A stretch of DNA of 49,734 bases from Burkholderiales bacterium (GTDB lineage: Bacteria; Pseudomonadota; Gammaproteobacteria; Burkholderiales; SG8-41), in contig JBKJKJ010000415.1 in assembly GCA_046597455.1 (NCBI GenBank), positions 1 to 49,734 on the forward strand, written 5' to 3'. Positions 1 to 9,283 of this stretch are shown here, in pieces (position 1 is the first letter of the stretch; each line of letters starts with the position of its first letter). The notes beneath the pieces were generated by a model. It saw only the letters and a list, made by a program, of their open reading frames with translations. It was not told the DNA's origin and ran no database searches. A program made the translations under genes and the position numbers.

Positions 1-69
1 ATTTATTTCGCGTCCGAGATCGAACGCTACGCGAAGCTCGTCAAGGCAATCGGCCTGAAAATAGATTGA
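1..69 (+). CDS. 3' end of a Bug/TctC tripartite tricarboxylate transporter substrate-binding protein (partial)
   Basis: Frame 1 reads IYFASEIERYAKLVKAIGLKID*, the same C-terminal pattern as the complete Bug genes in this window. Confidence 0.8.
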   Translation: MYFASEIERYAKLVKAIGLKID

Positions 70-91
70 GCGGTACCCCCAGAATCCCCGA

Positions 92-316
92 GGAGTTTGT
101 CGGACTTGCGTGCGACAACTTCCTTAACTGGAAGACACGACGGACGAACGAGGAATGAGCATCCAGGTGAATGGTCCTTCCTGCAGAAGCCGCTTTGCAG
201 GCCCGCCTGTGTTCAAGTAGGGGTTTCGTGTAAGCAGCCTGTCCCCCGGTGCTGATCGAAGCGACTCGAATACGCTACGCACCGGTCTCGTGAAATCAAG
301 TCCGACAGGCTGCTAG
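92..316. mobile_element. MITE-like non-coding element with terminal inverted repeats
   Basis: TGTCGGACTTG (98-108) is the exact reverse complement of CAAGTCCGACA (297-307); GCAGCCTGTC (234-243) pairs with GACAGGCTGC (304-313); internal stem CCGGTGC (246-252)/GCACCGG (279-285); ends at CTAG (313-316); no transposase ORF. Confidence 0.55.
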
Positions 317-657
317 CGGCTTCGCCCGGCTTTCACGAAATCGAGCGAGGCCTGAAACAGCTCGAGATCCTTCTCGTAATCGGCCGCTTCAGCGCGGTCG
401 ATCTGTATCCACTCGCGCGAGCTCGTCATGCCGGCCGGCTGAAAGTGCACGACGTTATCCCGTGAGAAATGAAGATCCGTTGCAGTGGCCGCGGGCAGGC
501 GCAACCCGATGCCGCCGCCGCTGATGCAGGCGAACATCTTGTCGCTGACAAAGTAGGCGTCGAGGCCGTTGATTTTCCTCGCGCTGACGCCGGGAAGCTT
601 GAGAAGCAAAGCGTCGATCTGGGCCTTGCGGCTGGACTCGGGTGTGCCAGTATTCAA
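313..657 (-). CDS. TfoX N-terminal / YjbR-fold small protein
   Basis: 114 aa with the pattern AYFVSDKMFACI..G.IGLRLP....FQP.G...REWIQI typical of TfoX_N/MmcQ-YjbR proteins. Confidence 0.65.
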   Translation of the reverse strand: MNTGTPESSRKAQIDALLLKLPGVSARKINGLDAYFVSDKMFACISGGGIGLRLPAATATDLHFSRDNVVHFQPAGMTSSREWIQIDRAEAADYEKDLELFQASLDFVKAGRSR

Positions 658-766
658 TGGAGGATCCGTCGTGGTTGTCGTGGAAAGCGTGATTGAATCA
701 TAAACGCGAGGTCCGGTGTGCCCCTGCGCGCAGATTGCGCAACCCGCGCGCTCTGTGCCGACTATT

Positions 767-1705
767 TCAAAGCTCGGCAGACTGCTTGACGACCGTCATG
801 TTCTCGATCTTGCGGCGCGTCCATTGAGGGCCGAGGATCTGGATGAAATCGAACTCGTACGGCCTCAACAGCCGCTTGCGGTGGATGGCGATCGTCGCAG
901 TGCTGGGCGGAAAAAGATCGCCGCTGTCGAGCGCCCGCAATGCCGTGTCCCGCTTGCGATCGAAAGCGATCTCCGGCAGGACCGCTATTCCGAGTCCGTG
1001 CTCGACGCACGCCTTGATGACGTCGGCGTCGATCGCGCTGAGAATGACATGGGGCGTCGAGCCGACTTTCCTGAACGCATCGATTATGACCTGCCGCGCC
1101 GAGATCGAGTGCTCGTAAGTGATCAGTGGATACTGGGCGATCTGTTTGAGGGTCGGCTGTTTGTGCTGGAGCAGCGCGTGCCCTTTCGGGACGATCACGA
1201 GTCGGCGGTATTTCGAATAAGGTAATGCCAGGACGTCTTTCGTGACGGGCATTTCCCCCGCGATGATGCCGATCGCATCGGCTCGCGACACGAGGGAGGC
1301 CATGATCTCGGCAGCGCTGCCGTGCTTCACGTCGACCCGCACATCGGGGTGTTGCTTCGCAAAGGCTTCCAGCACCTGCGGCAGCACATACCGCGCCTGC
1401 GTGTGTGAAGTGATGACGACGAGCTCTTTCTTCCCATCGTCGCGCAGCGTGCGGGCGTAGGCGACGATGTAGTCGATGTCCGACAGCGCCGAGCCCAGCC
1501 GCTCGACGATGAACTCACCATGCGCGGTCAGGCCGCTCAGGCGGTTTTTCTCGCGAGTGAAAATGCTCACCCCCAGCTCTTCTTCGAGGAGGCGTATCTG
1601 CTGGCTGACGCCCGGCTGGGACGTGTGCAGCGACTTCGCGGCGCGCGACACCGACAGGCCGTTACGCGCGACTTCGCGGATGTATTTGAGCTGCTGCAAA
1701 TTCAT
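767..1705 (-). CDS. LysR family transcriptional regulator, CysB/Cbl subfamily
   Basis: N-terminus MNLQQLKYIREVARNGLSVSRAAKSLHTSQPGVSQQIRLLEEELG plus the TSHTQARYVLP and AIDADVIK segments characteristic of CysB/Cbl. Confidence 0.9.
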   Translation of the reverse strand: MNLQQLKYIREVARNGLSVSRAAKSLHTSQPGVSQQIRLLEEELGVSIFTREKNRLSGLTAHGEFIVERLGSALSDIDYIVAYARTLRDDGKKELVVITSHTQARYVLPQVLEAFAKQHPDVRVDVKHGSAAEIMASLVSRADAIGIIAGEMPVTKDVLALPYSKYRRLVIVPKGHALLQHKQPTLKQIAQYPLITYEHSISARQVIIDAFRKVGSTPHVILSAIDADVIKACVEHGLGIAVLPEIAFDRKRDTALRALDSGDLFPPSTATIAIHRKRLLRPYEFDFIQILGPQWTRRKIENMTVVKQSAEL

Positions 1706-1718
1706 AACTGCAAATTAT
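1704..1718. promoter_or_regulatory. Putative LysR recognition site (T-N11-A palindrome)
   Basis: ATAA-CTGCAAA-TTAT dyad overlapping the LysR start codon in the AT-rich divergent intergenic region, a typical autoregulatory LysR layout. Confidence 0.55.
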
Positions 1719-1783
1719 AAGGTATCGAAACAAATGATTCTTTTCTGTTCGGCGCCGGGCGTATCCTGAGCCCGGTTCTGCAC

Positions 1784-1804
1784 GAGAGGCGAGAGGCGAG
1801 AGGC
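1784..1804. repeat. Heptamer tandem repeat (GAGAGGC)x3
   Basis: Three exact copies in the leader of the catabolic operon. Confidence 0.85.
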
Positions 1805-1867
1805 ATCGCGGTGATGCGAGCTTGCACGGGAAGCACGAACAGGGCACGAGCGGTGCGGAGGATGCGG

Positions 1868-3055
1868 ATGGCAAATCTCGATGGATTGAAAGTGCTCGAC
1901 CTGGGCACCGCGCTGGCGGCTCCGTTCAGCGCAATGCTGCTGGGCGACATGGGCGCCGAAGTGATCAAGATCGAGAAGCCAGGGCGCGGGGATCTGATAC
2001 GCGCCACGGACGATTACGTGGGGCAGGGCGAGAGCGGCTATTTCCTCGGCATCAACCGCGGTAAGGAAGGCCTCACGGTCGACATCCGTAAGCCTGCCGG
2101 ACAGGAGATCGTTCGTGCGCTGGTGGCCGAGTGCGACATCCTGGTCGAAAACTTTCGCGCGCACCGCATGGCCGAGTGGGGCCTGGGCTACGAAGATCTG
2201 CGCGCGATCAACCCCGGTCTCATTTATTGCTCGATCTCGGTTTTCGGCGGCGCCCAGGGCTTCGAAGAAGTCGGCGGCAACGACATTATCGGCCAGGCCT
2301 ATTCCGGGATGCTGGACGTGACGGGCGACCCGGACTCGGCGCCGTCCAAGACCGGCACCCCCGTTGTCGATGCCTCAGGCGCCATGCTGGCAACGATCGG
2401 TATCTTGAGCGCGCTGCACAAACGGACCCGGACCGGCGAAGGCTCGCATGTTCAGATTTCACTGCTCGAGGCCGCGTATGCGCTCATGCCGAATTATGTG
2501 GTCAGCGTGCTCAACGGAGAGCCGAACTACACGCGGCAGGGCAGCGGCCATCCGCAGCTGGTGCCGTATCAGGCGTTCAGGGCAGCCGATGGCAAATATG
2601 TGGTCGTGGGCGCGTTTCACCGCGCGTCGTGGAAAGAGTTGTGCGCGGCCCTGGAGCGCGAGGATCTCATGGCGGATCCCAGGTTCAAGGATAACTGGGA
2701 CCGGGTGAAGAACCGCGGCGCGCTGATCGAAATTCTCGAAGCCGAAATGCTGCGCCGGCCCAGCGCCGAATGGCTGAAGATATTCGAGGCGCGCCAGGTT
2801 CTGGCAGCGCCTGTGCTGACGATCAAGGAGTCGCTCGGGACTTTCGAGAAGCTGATCGATGGGCTGGTCGTGACCACCGACCATTCCAAGCTCGGCAAGC
2901 TCAAAGAAGTTCGATGCCCCATCACGTTCGATTCCAGGCCCTCGTCGCAGCAGCGCGCCGCGCCGACGCTTGGACAGCACACCACCGAACGGCTGCTCAA
3001 GACCGGTTTCAGTGAAGAGAAACTGGCACGCCTGCGCGCCGACAAAATAATCTGA
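1868..3055 (+). CDS. CaiB/BaiF (family III) CoA-transferase
   Basis: LDGLKVLDLG...AAPFSAMLLGDMGAEVIKIE, NRGK, DILVENFR, PLVDASG-like catalytic Asp region (PVVDASG); GGAGG RBS before ATG 1868. Confidence 0.93.
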   Translation: MANLDGLKVLDLGTALAAPFSAMLLGDMGAEVIKIEKPGRGDLIRATDDYVGQGESGYFLGINRGKEGLTVDIRKPAGQEIVRALVAECDILVENFRAHRMAEWGLGYEDLRAINPGLIYCSISVFGGAQGFEEVGGNDIIGQAYSGMLDVTGDPDSAPSKTGTPVVDASGAMLATIGILSALHKRTRTGEGSHVQISLLEAAYALMPNYVVSVLNGEPNYTRQGSGHPQLVPYQAFRAADGKYVVVGAFHRASWKELCAALEREDLMADPRFKDNWDRVKNRGALIEILEAEMLRRPSAEWLKIFEARQVLAAPVLTIKESLGTFEKLIDGLVVTTDHSKLGKLKEVRCPITFDSRPSSQQRAAPTLGQHTTERLLKTGFSEEKLARLRADKII

Positions 3056-3098
3056 ATCCACCCGCCCAGCGCAGGACGTGGATCAACGAGGAGGATGC

Positions 3099-4058
3099 AT
3101 GAAAAGAGCGGTGATCGGAATTGCGGTATTACTGGCGCTGATCGAAACCAGTTCCGCGCAGGTGTACCCGACGCGCACGGTGCGCTTCATTGCGCCGTTC
3201 GCCGCGGGCGGCGGCAGCGATCTCATCGCGCGTAAGCTGGCCCACAAGCTCACGGATGCGATGGGGCAGTCCGTCGTCGTCGACAACCGGACGGGCGGAA
3301 GCGGCGTCATCGGTACCGAAATCGTCGCCAAAGCGCCGCCGGACGGCCACACCATCATGATGACCACGCCGACTTTCACGGTGAATCCGAGCCTGATAAC
3401 GAAGCTGCCATATGACAACATCCGCGACTTCGCACCGATCTCCCTGATCGCCACCGCGCCGCATCTGCTGGCGGTTCATCCTTCTCTGCCCGTGAAGACC
3501 GTGAAAGATGTCGTCGCGCTCGCGAAAGCACGCCCCGAGCAGCTCACATTTTCCTCCGGCAGCACCGGCGGATCGAGCCATCTGTCAGGCGAGCTTTTCA
3601 ATTCGATGGCACGCATAAAAATGACGCACATTCCGTATCGCGGCGGCGGGCAGGCCGTCCTGGCGATCGTGACGGGAGAAGTATCACTGGGTTTCGTGGA
3701 TCTCGTGAGCATGCTGCCTCACGTGAAAAGCGGCCGCGTGCGCGCCATCGCGCTCACCAGTCTGAAACGATCGTCCATTCTGCCGGGCCTGCCGACGATC
3801 GCCGAATCCGGATATCCCGGTTTCCAGTCGGGCATCTGGTACGGCGTGGTGGCGCCAGCGCGCACGCCGGCGGAGATCATCGCGCGACTCAATGCGGAGC
3901 TCGTGAAGATCGCGCGCAGTCCCGAGTTTGCGGACAGCCTGAAGGCTGAGGGGGCAGAAGTCGTGGCGAGCAATCCGGAGTATTTCGGCCGGTATATCAG
4001 GGACGAGACGGCGCGTTGGGCGAAGATCATCCGTGAAGCCCACATAGCCGCCAATTAG
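3099..4058 (+). CDS. Bug/TctC substrate-binding protein
   Basis: Signal peptide, YPTRTVRFIAPFAAGGGSD, VVDNRTGGSG, HIPYRG. Confidence 0.93.
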   Translation: MKRAVIGIAVLLALIETSSAQVYPTRTVRFIAPFAAGGGSDLIARKLAHKLTDAMGQSVVVDNRTGGSGVIGTEIVAKAPPDGHTIMMTTPTFTVNPSLITKLPYDNIRDFAPISLIATAPHLLAVHPSLPVKTVKDVVALAKARPEQLTFSSGSTGGSSHLSGELFNSMARIKMTHIPYRGGGQAVLAIVTGEVSLGFVDLVSMLPHVKSGRVRAIALTSLKRSSILPGLPTIAESGYPGFQSGIWYGVVAPARTPAEIIARLNAELVKIARSPEFADSLKAEGAEVVASNPEYFGRYIRDETARWAKIIREAHIAAN

Positions 4059-4182
4059 CGGTCGTATCGCAGCAGCGGTGCAAGGTGAACAGGCGGCAAG
4101 GCGGGAAGGTGACCAGGCGGGCGGGTGCCTGCCCTGCGCCGCGAAGCGTCTCGTTTCGGGTGATTATGAATAAGGAAACAGT

Positions 4183-5364
4183 ATGAGCAAGAGTCCTGCT
4201 TCGAAAGCACCGCTGAACGATATCCGCGTCCTCGACTTCACGAACATGCTGGCCGGTCCCTATTGCACCCGCCTGCTCGCCGACCTCGGGGCCCAGGTCA
4301 TCAAGGTCGAGTCCCCCAGCGGCGACCACAACCGGACCCGGCGACCCGTGCGGCAGGGCCATAGCAGTTTCTTCGGTCACCTGAACTGCGGCAAGAAAAG
4401 CATCGTCCTCGATCTGAAATCCACCGCAGGACGCGAAGCGGCCATCGCGCTCGCGCTCAAATGCGACGTCATCGTCGAGAACTGGCGCCCCGGCGTAGCC
4501 GATCGCCTCGGTGTGGGCTACAAGGCGATTGCAAAGCTCAATGCCCGAACCGTCTACTGCTCGATCTCGGGATTCGGCCAACAAGGCCCGAGCGCGCAGC
4601 GACCGGCTTACGCGCCGATCATCCACGCCGCCAGTGGATTCGACATGGCGCAGGTGGAGTACCAGGGCGGGAGTAAGCCCGCGAACACCGCGACTTATAC
4701 CGCTGACGTATTCGGCGGCATGTCGGCGTTCGGGGCGATTCAGGCAGCGCTCTATCACCGCGAGCACACCGGAGAAGGCCAATACATCGATGTCGCACTG
4801 CTCGACTGCATGCTGAACATCCTCGTGTCGGAGGTCCAGGAAGCTCAGGCCCCGTCGAAGGAAAAAACCCGCGTGTATCCGCCGCTGAAAACGCGTGATG
4901 GCTACGTCGTCGTCGCTCCCACCAGCCAGCGGAATTTCGAGCAGCTGACGCAGGTGGTCGTGCATCCGGAGTGGCTGGCGGATGCGCGGTTCACGACTTC
5001 AGGGACGCGGGAGAAAAACTGGGCCGAGCTCATGGAGCTGATCGAGCTGTGGACGCGTGAGCGGCCCGGGCACGAAGTCGAATCCCTGCTTCTCGCCGGC
5101 GGCGTGCCGTGCACGCGCTACCGCACTGTCCCCGAAGCCATGGCCGATCCCCAGATACAGGCGCGCGGCACGATGTCGCGGGTCGAAGATGACGCCGGTG
5201 CGTACTGGGTCCCGGGTGCCCCATTTCGTATGCCGGGTCTGGATACGTCGCCGCGGCCGGACGTCCCGGCCCTGGGCGAGAGCACCGCCGAGCTCCTCCA
5301 GCAAATGCTCGGGTATTCGAGCGAAGAAGCGAACGCATGCTCGGGCGAGCTCGCCCGGGTTTAG
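4183..5364 (+). CDS. CaiB/BaiF (family III) CoA-transferase
   Basis: PLNDIRVLDFTNMLAGPYCTRLLADLGAQVIKVE, NCGKKSIVLDLK, ENWRPGV, SISGFGQ. Confidence 0.93.
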   Translation: MSKSPASKAPLNDIRVLDFTNMLAGPYCTRLLADLGAQVIKVESPSGDHNRTRRPVRQGHSSFFGHLNCGKKSIVLDLKSTAGREAAIALALKCDVIVENWRPGVADRLGVGYKAIAKLNARTVYCSISGFGQQGPSAQRPAYAPIIHAASGFDMAQVEYQGGSKPANTATYTADVFGGMSAFGAIQAALYHREHTGEGQYIDVALLDCMLNILVSEVQEAQAPSKEKTRVYPPLKTRDGYVVVAPTSQRNFEQLTQVVVHPEWLADARFTTSGTREKNWAELMELIELWTRERPGHEVESLLLAGGVPCTRYRTVPEAMADPQIQARGTMSRVEDDAGAYWVPGAPFRMPGLDTSPRPDVPALGESTAELLQQMLGYSSEEANACSGELARV

Positions 5365-5435
5365 CGACTGCACGATAAACACAAGGGGCGCATGCGGACG
5401 CCAAGTCCGCAGCCACGTCCGGAGGAGAGCACGCT

Positions 5436-6407
5436 ATGAAGCGGTTTCGATTTTTAGCAGCAGGTCTGGCGGCGCTGACATGCGCGGGGGCCACGTTCGC
5501 CGCCGCGTTTCCCGAACGTCCGGTCCGGTTCATCGTTCCGTATCCGCCCGGCGGCGGGGCCGATGCGCTGGTGAGGATCATCACCAAAGGCCTGGCGTCG
5601 CGCTGGAGCCAGCCGGTCGTCGTCGATAACCGCCCGGGCGGCGATGCGACCATCGGTGTGCACCTGGCCGCGCAGGCGCCGGCCGATGGCCACACCCTGG
5701 TGCTGATCATCACCTCGCACGCAGTGCACCCGAGTATCAAGAAGCTGCCGTACGATCTCCTTCGCGACTTCGCGCCCGTCAGCAGCGTGCTCGAAGGGCC
5801 TGCCATCCTCATCGTCAATCCCGCCCTCAAAGTGAGCTCGGTGAAGGAGCTGATCAGCCTGGCCAAAGCGCGCGAAGGCCAGCTCAACTTCGGCGCGCCC
5901 GGTCTCGGCGGGCCGGGACATCTGAGCGGTGTGATGTTCAATTATCAGGCAGGCGTGAAGACCACTCACGTGCCTTATAAAGGCGCCGCAGCAGTCATCA
6001 CGGGTTTGCTCAGCGGCGAAGTGGATTTCATGTTCGCCACGGTTCTGTCCGGCATGCCGCACGTGAAGTCGGGGCGTGTCAAAGCGCTGGCAGTGACGAG
6101 TGCGAAACGCTCGCCGATCGTTCCCGAGCTGCCCACCATGATGGAAGCGGGCCTGAAGAATTTCGAGTCGGTCACGTGGTACGGTGTGCTCACGGGCGCG
6201 GGAACACCGGCGCCGATCGTGCAGAAAATCCATTCGGACATCCTCGCCGTCGTGAAGACGCCCGACGTCAGCCAGAACCTCACCTCGCAGGGCGTGGAGA
6301 TCGTGGGCAACACGCCGCAGCAGTTCGCGGCCCAATTGCGGTCCGAAATCAAGAAATGGGCATTGATCGTCAAGCAGGCGAACATGCACGACATACAGGA
6401 CAAGTAG
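5436..6407 (+). CDS. Bug/TctC substrate-binding protein
   Basis: Signal peptide, FPERPVRFIVPYPPGGGAD, VVDNRPG, HVPYKG. Confidence 0.93.
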   Translation: MKRFRFLAAGLAALTCAGATFAAAFPERPVRFIVPYPPGGGADALVRIITKGLASRWSQPVVVDNRPGGDATIGVHLAAQAPADGHTLVLIITSHAVHPSIKKLPYDLLRDFAPVSSVLEGPAILIVNPALKVSSVKELISLAKAREGQLNFGAPGLGGPGHLSGVMFNYQAGVKTTHVPYKGAAAVITGLLSGEVDFMFATVLSGMPHVKSGRVKALAVTSAKRSPIVPELPTMMEAGLKNFESVTWYGVLTGAGTPAPIVQKIHSDILAVVKTPDVSQNLTSQGVEIVGNTPQQFAAQLRSEIKKWALIVKQANMHDIQDK

Positions 6408-6450
6408 CGAGCCGCCCCGGCTTTTCATCATCGATTCTGGAGTGCGCAGG

Positions 6451-7581
6451 ATGAGTACGAAGACCAACGTTGTTGCTGTCGGCGACCTTGCGGGAAACCG
6501 GCCGGAGCCTGATTCGATATTCGAGCTGGTGAAAGGCGAAATTCAGAAAGCCGATGTCGCATTCGGCCAGATCGAGGCGGTGTATTCGAAGAAAGGATGC
6601 CTGAACGTGAGCGGCACCTCTTCGCCGTTGCGCGGCGATCCGGAGAACGTGGCGGCTTTGGCGCGAGCGGGTTTCACGATCGCTTCCCTGGCAAGCAATC
6701 ACTGCATGGATTACGGCGTCGAAGGATTCCTCGACATGATCCAGCAGTTCAGATCGAGCAACATAAAAACCTTCGGCGCGGGCGAGAACCTGGCTGAAGC
6801 CCGAAAGCCGCTGGTCGTCGAGCACAACGGCAACAGGATCGGCTGGCTTGCGTACTGTTCGATACTGCCCATGCGCTACTGGGCGGATGTCGACCGGCCC
6901 GGCTGTGCGCCCGCGCGGGCACGCACGGTTTACGAGACCCTGGAGCCCGATCAGCCGGGCACGCCGCCGCGCATCATCACCTATCCGAATGACGACGACC
7001 TCGAAGGTATGCTGAGCGATATCCGCACACTCAGGGAGCAGGTCGACGTGGTGATCGTATCAATGCACTGGGGTCTTCATTTCAGGGAAGCGGAGCTCGC
7101 CACCTACGAGGTGAAGTACGGCCACGCGGCAGTCGATGCAGGTGCGGACATCATCCTCGGCCACCATCAGCACATCCTGAAGCCGATAGAAATCTACCGG
7201 GGCAAGCCGATCTTCTACGGCATGGCCAACTTCGCGTTCGACATGTATTACCAGCCGGGGGAATTCGAGAAGCCGGAAAGGATGGAGCGCAGGGAGCGGC
7301 TGCATCCGGGCTGGACTCGCGACCCCGCGTATCCGACTTTCCCGTTTCCAGTCGATTCGCGCAAAGGCATGCTCGTCAACATCGTCGTGGAAGACCGGGC
7401 GCTCAAGCGCGTGAGCTGGAAACCCGTGATGATCAACCAGAAGTCACAGCCCCGATGCCTGACGCGATCCGATCCCGAGTTCGGCGAAGTGCTCGATTAC
7501 ATGAAGAAGATCACCAAAGCGCAAAAGATGTCCACCGAGTACACAGTGGATGGTGACGACATCGTTCTGGTTCGTCACTGA
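6451..7581 (+). CDS. CapA/PgsA-family metallophosphoesterase-like protein
   Basis: VGD, LASNHCMDYG, GAGENLAEARKP, VSMHWG, GADIILGHHQH, IYRGKPIFYGMANF motifs of the CapA domain. Confidence 0.88.
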   Translation: MSTKTNVVAVGDLAGNRPEPDSIFELVKGEIQKADVAFGQIEAVYSKKGCLNVSGTSSPLRGDPENVAALARAGFTIASLASNHCMDYGVEGFLDMIQQFRSSNIKTFGAGENLAEARKPLVVEHNGNRIGWLAYCSILPMRYWADVDRPGCAPARARTVYETLEPDQPGTPPRIITYPNDDDLEGMLSDIRTLREQVDVVIVSMHWGLHFREAELATYEVKYGHAAVDAGADIILGHHQHILKPIEIYRGKPIFYGMANFAFDMYYQPGEFEKPERMERRERLHPGWTRDPAYPTFPFPVDSRKGMLVNIVVEDRALKRVSWKPVMINQKSQPRCLTRSDPEFGEVLDYMKKITKAQKMSTEYTVDGDDIVLVRH

Positions 7582-7604
7582 TTGCGCGGCTTAAGGCCTC
7601 CCGA

Positions 7605-8519
7605 ATGAAGCAATACGGAAATTCAGAAACGATCGCGCACGCGCCCGGGCAGGTGCTGTACGAAAAGGACGCCTCCAGGCATATCGCGTGGATCACCCTC
7701 AACCGGCCCGAGAAGCACAACGCCATGAGCGTGCCGATGCGCGCGAGGTTGGCGGATCTCATGCGCGAGGCGGAGCGCGATGACGAGGTGCGCGTGATCG
7801 TCATCCGCGGCAACGGAAAATCCTTCTGCAGCGGAAACGAGATCAACGAGGACTGGGGCCAGCGGGTCCCCGGTCAGCGACGCATGACGCTGACCACGGC
7901 AAATCGCTACGCGACTGACATGAATTACGGCCGCCAGGGTTTCAGCCAGGCGATTTCGAGATGTTCCAAGGCCACGATCCTCCAGCTGCACGGTTATTGC
8001 GCTGCGGCCGCGTATTTCATGATCGCCACGAGAGCCGACCTGGTCATCGTGAGCGAGGACGCAAAAATCGGCGCACTGGAAGCCCGCTTCCTCGGCCCTG
8101 CCGGCGCGGTGTCCGCAATTCACATCAATCGCATCATCGGCACCAAGGCCGCTCGTCGGGCGGGGTATACCGCGTTTCCGTTCACCGGCAACGACGCTCA
8201 CCGGCTGGGCCTGGCGTATCGATGTGTGCCGGCAGAGAAAATCGCGGCCACGACCGACGGTCTCGCGGAAGAGATCGCACGCACGCCGCGCGAGCTCCTG
8301 CTCTATTACAAGGCGCGCATCCGCGCGGCCGAAGCGCTGCTCGACACCAGCGTTCGCGAAGTGACGGGACTGCTTTTTTCGCACTTTCTGCAGGCCGAGA
8401 AGGACGAAGCGCACTTCTGGACGAACGTGAAGAAGTCCGGCGTGGGCGGCGCGCTGGTCGCCGACAAGGCGCGGGTGGCGGCAGCGGCGGCGGCTGCGAA
8501 GGCGGGAGAGGAAAAATGA
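7605..8519 (+). CDS. Enoyl-CoA hydratase/isomerase (crotonase) superfamily protein
   Basis: AWITLNRPEKHNAM, VIVIRGNGKSFCSG, HGYC...D.VIVSEDAKIG. Confidence 0.88.
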   Translation: MKQYGNSETIAHAPGQVLYEKDASRHIAWITLNRPEKHNAMSVPMRARLADLMREAERDDEVRVIVIRGNGKSFCSGNEINEDWGQRVPGQRRMTLTTANRYATDMNYGRQGFSQAISRCSKATILQLHGYCAAAAYFMIATRADLVIVSEDAKIGALEARFLGPAGAVSAIHINRIIGTKAARRAGYTAFPFTGNDAHRLGLAYRCVPAEKIAATTDGLAEEIARTPRELLLYYKARIRAAEALLDTSVREVTGLLFSHFLQAEKDEAHFWTNVKKSGVGGALVADKARVAAAAAAAKAGEEK

Positions 8520-9283
8520 TCGAGATATCGCAAGCGGGCGCAATCGCAACCATCACACTGCCGGACTGCCTTGCGTTGTCTGTGCACGATCTGGCGTTCG
8601 GGCTCGAGCTGCGCGATGCGATTCGCGATTCAGCCGACCGGGACGAGATCAAGGCGATCGTCATACGCGCGCGCGGCCGCGATTTCAGTCCGGCCGCTAC
8701 GCCTGAAGCGCTGGCTGCGGCCGCCGCAGGGCGCAAGGACACGATCTGGTCGTCGTGGCACGAAGCGTATGCCGCATCGTCAGGGCTGTATCAGAACATC
8801 TGCTTCTGCAAGAAAGTGGTGATCACGGCTGTCGACGGAATCTGCTCCGGCGCGGGGAGCCTGCTCGTCCTGTGCTCGGACCTGACGCTCGCCACGCCCG
8901 ACGCGACGTTCGAGTCCCCGTTCGGCACGCTGCCCGAAGCGAATCTGGTGCTGGCCGCGCTGACCATGCGGCTGAATCGCGCGAAGTCGTGGCTGCTCAG
9001 CGGCAGACCCTTGCATGCGCAGCAAGCGTTCGACGCGGGTCTCATCAACCGTATCGTCGAAGCGAAGGCGCTGGACGAGGCTGTGCAAAGCATGGCGCAC
9101 GCGGTCACCCGCATGCCGCTCGACGGTATTGCGATGTCGAAGATCAACGTCGAGACGTGTCTGGACGCCCAGGGCGTCGGCCGCGAGTTCGACATGGCAG
9201 GCTTTTACGCCGTGACGATGCAGCGATGCTGGGACGAAGCGGGCGCACAGTCGCCCGGGCGGATCGAGGCGGCATCGAAATGA
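8516..9283 (+). CDS. Crotonase superfamily protein (atypical)
   Basis: ATGA overlap with the previous stop; IKAIVIRARGRDFS, KVVITAVDGICSGAG..L...SDL, GLINRIV. Confidence 0.85.
   Translation: MIEISQAGAIATITLPDCLALSVHDLAFGLELRDAIRDSADRDEIKAIVIRARGRDFSPAATPEALAAAAAGRKDTIWSSWHEAYAASSGLYQNICFCKKVVITAVDGICSGAGSLLVLCSDLTLATPDATFESPFGTLPEANLVLAALTMRLNRAKSWLLSGRPLHAQQAFDAGLINRIVEAKALDEAVQSMAHAVTRMPLDGIAMSKINVETCLDAQGVGREFDMAGFYAVTMQRCWDEAGAQSPGRIEAASK

Noticed and set aside
6451-7581. Poly-gamma-glutamate capsule locus
   Set aside because: Only CapA-domain genes are present; no capB/capC and no membrane anchor
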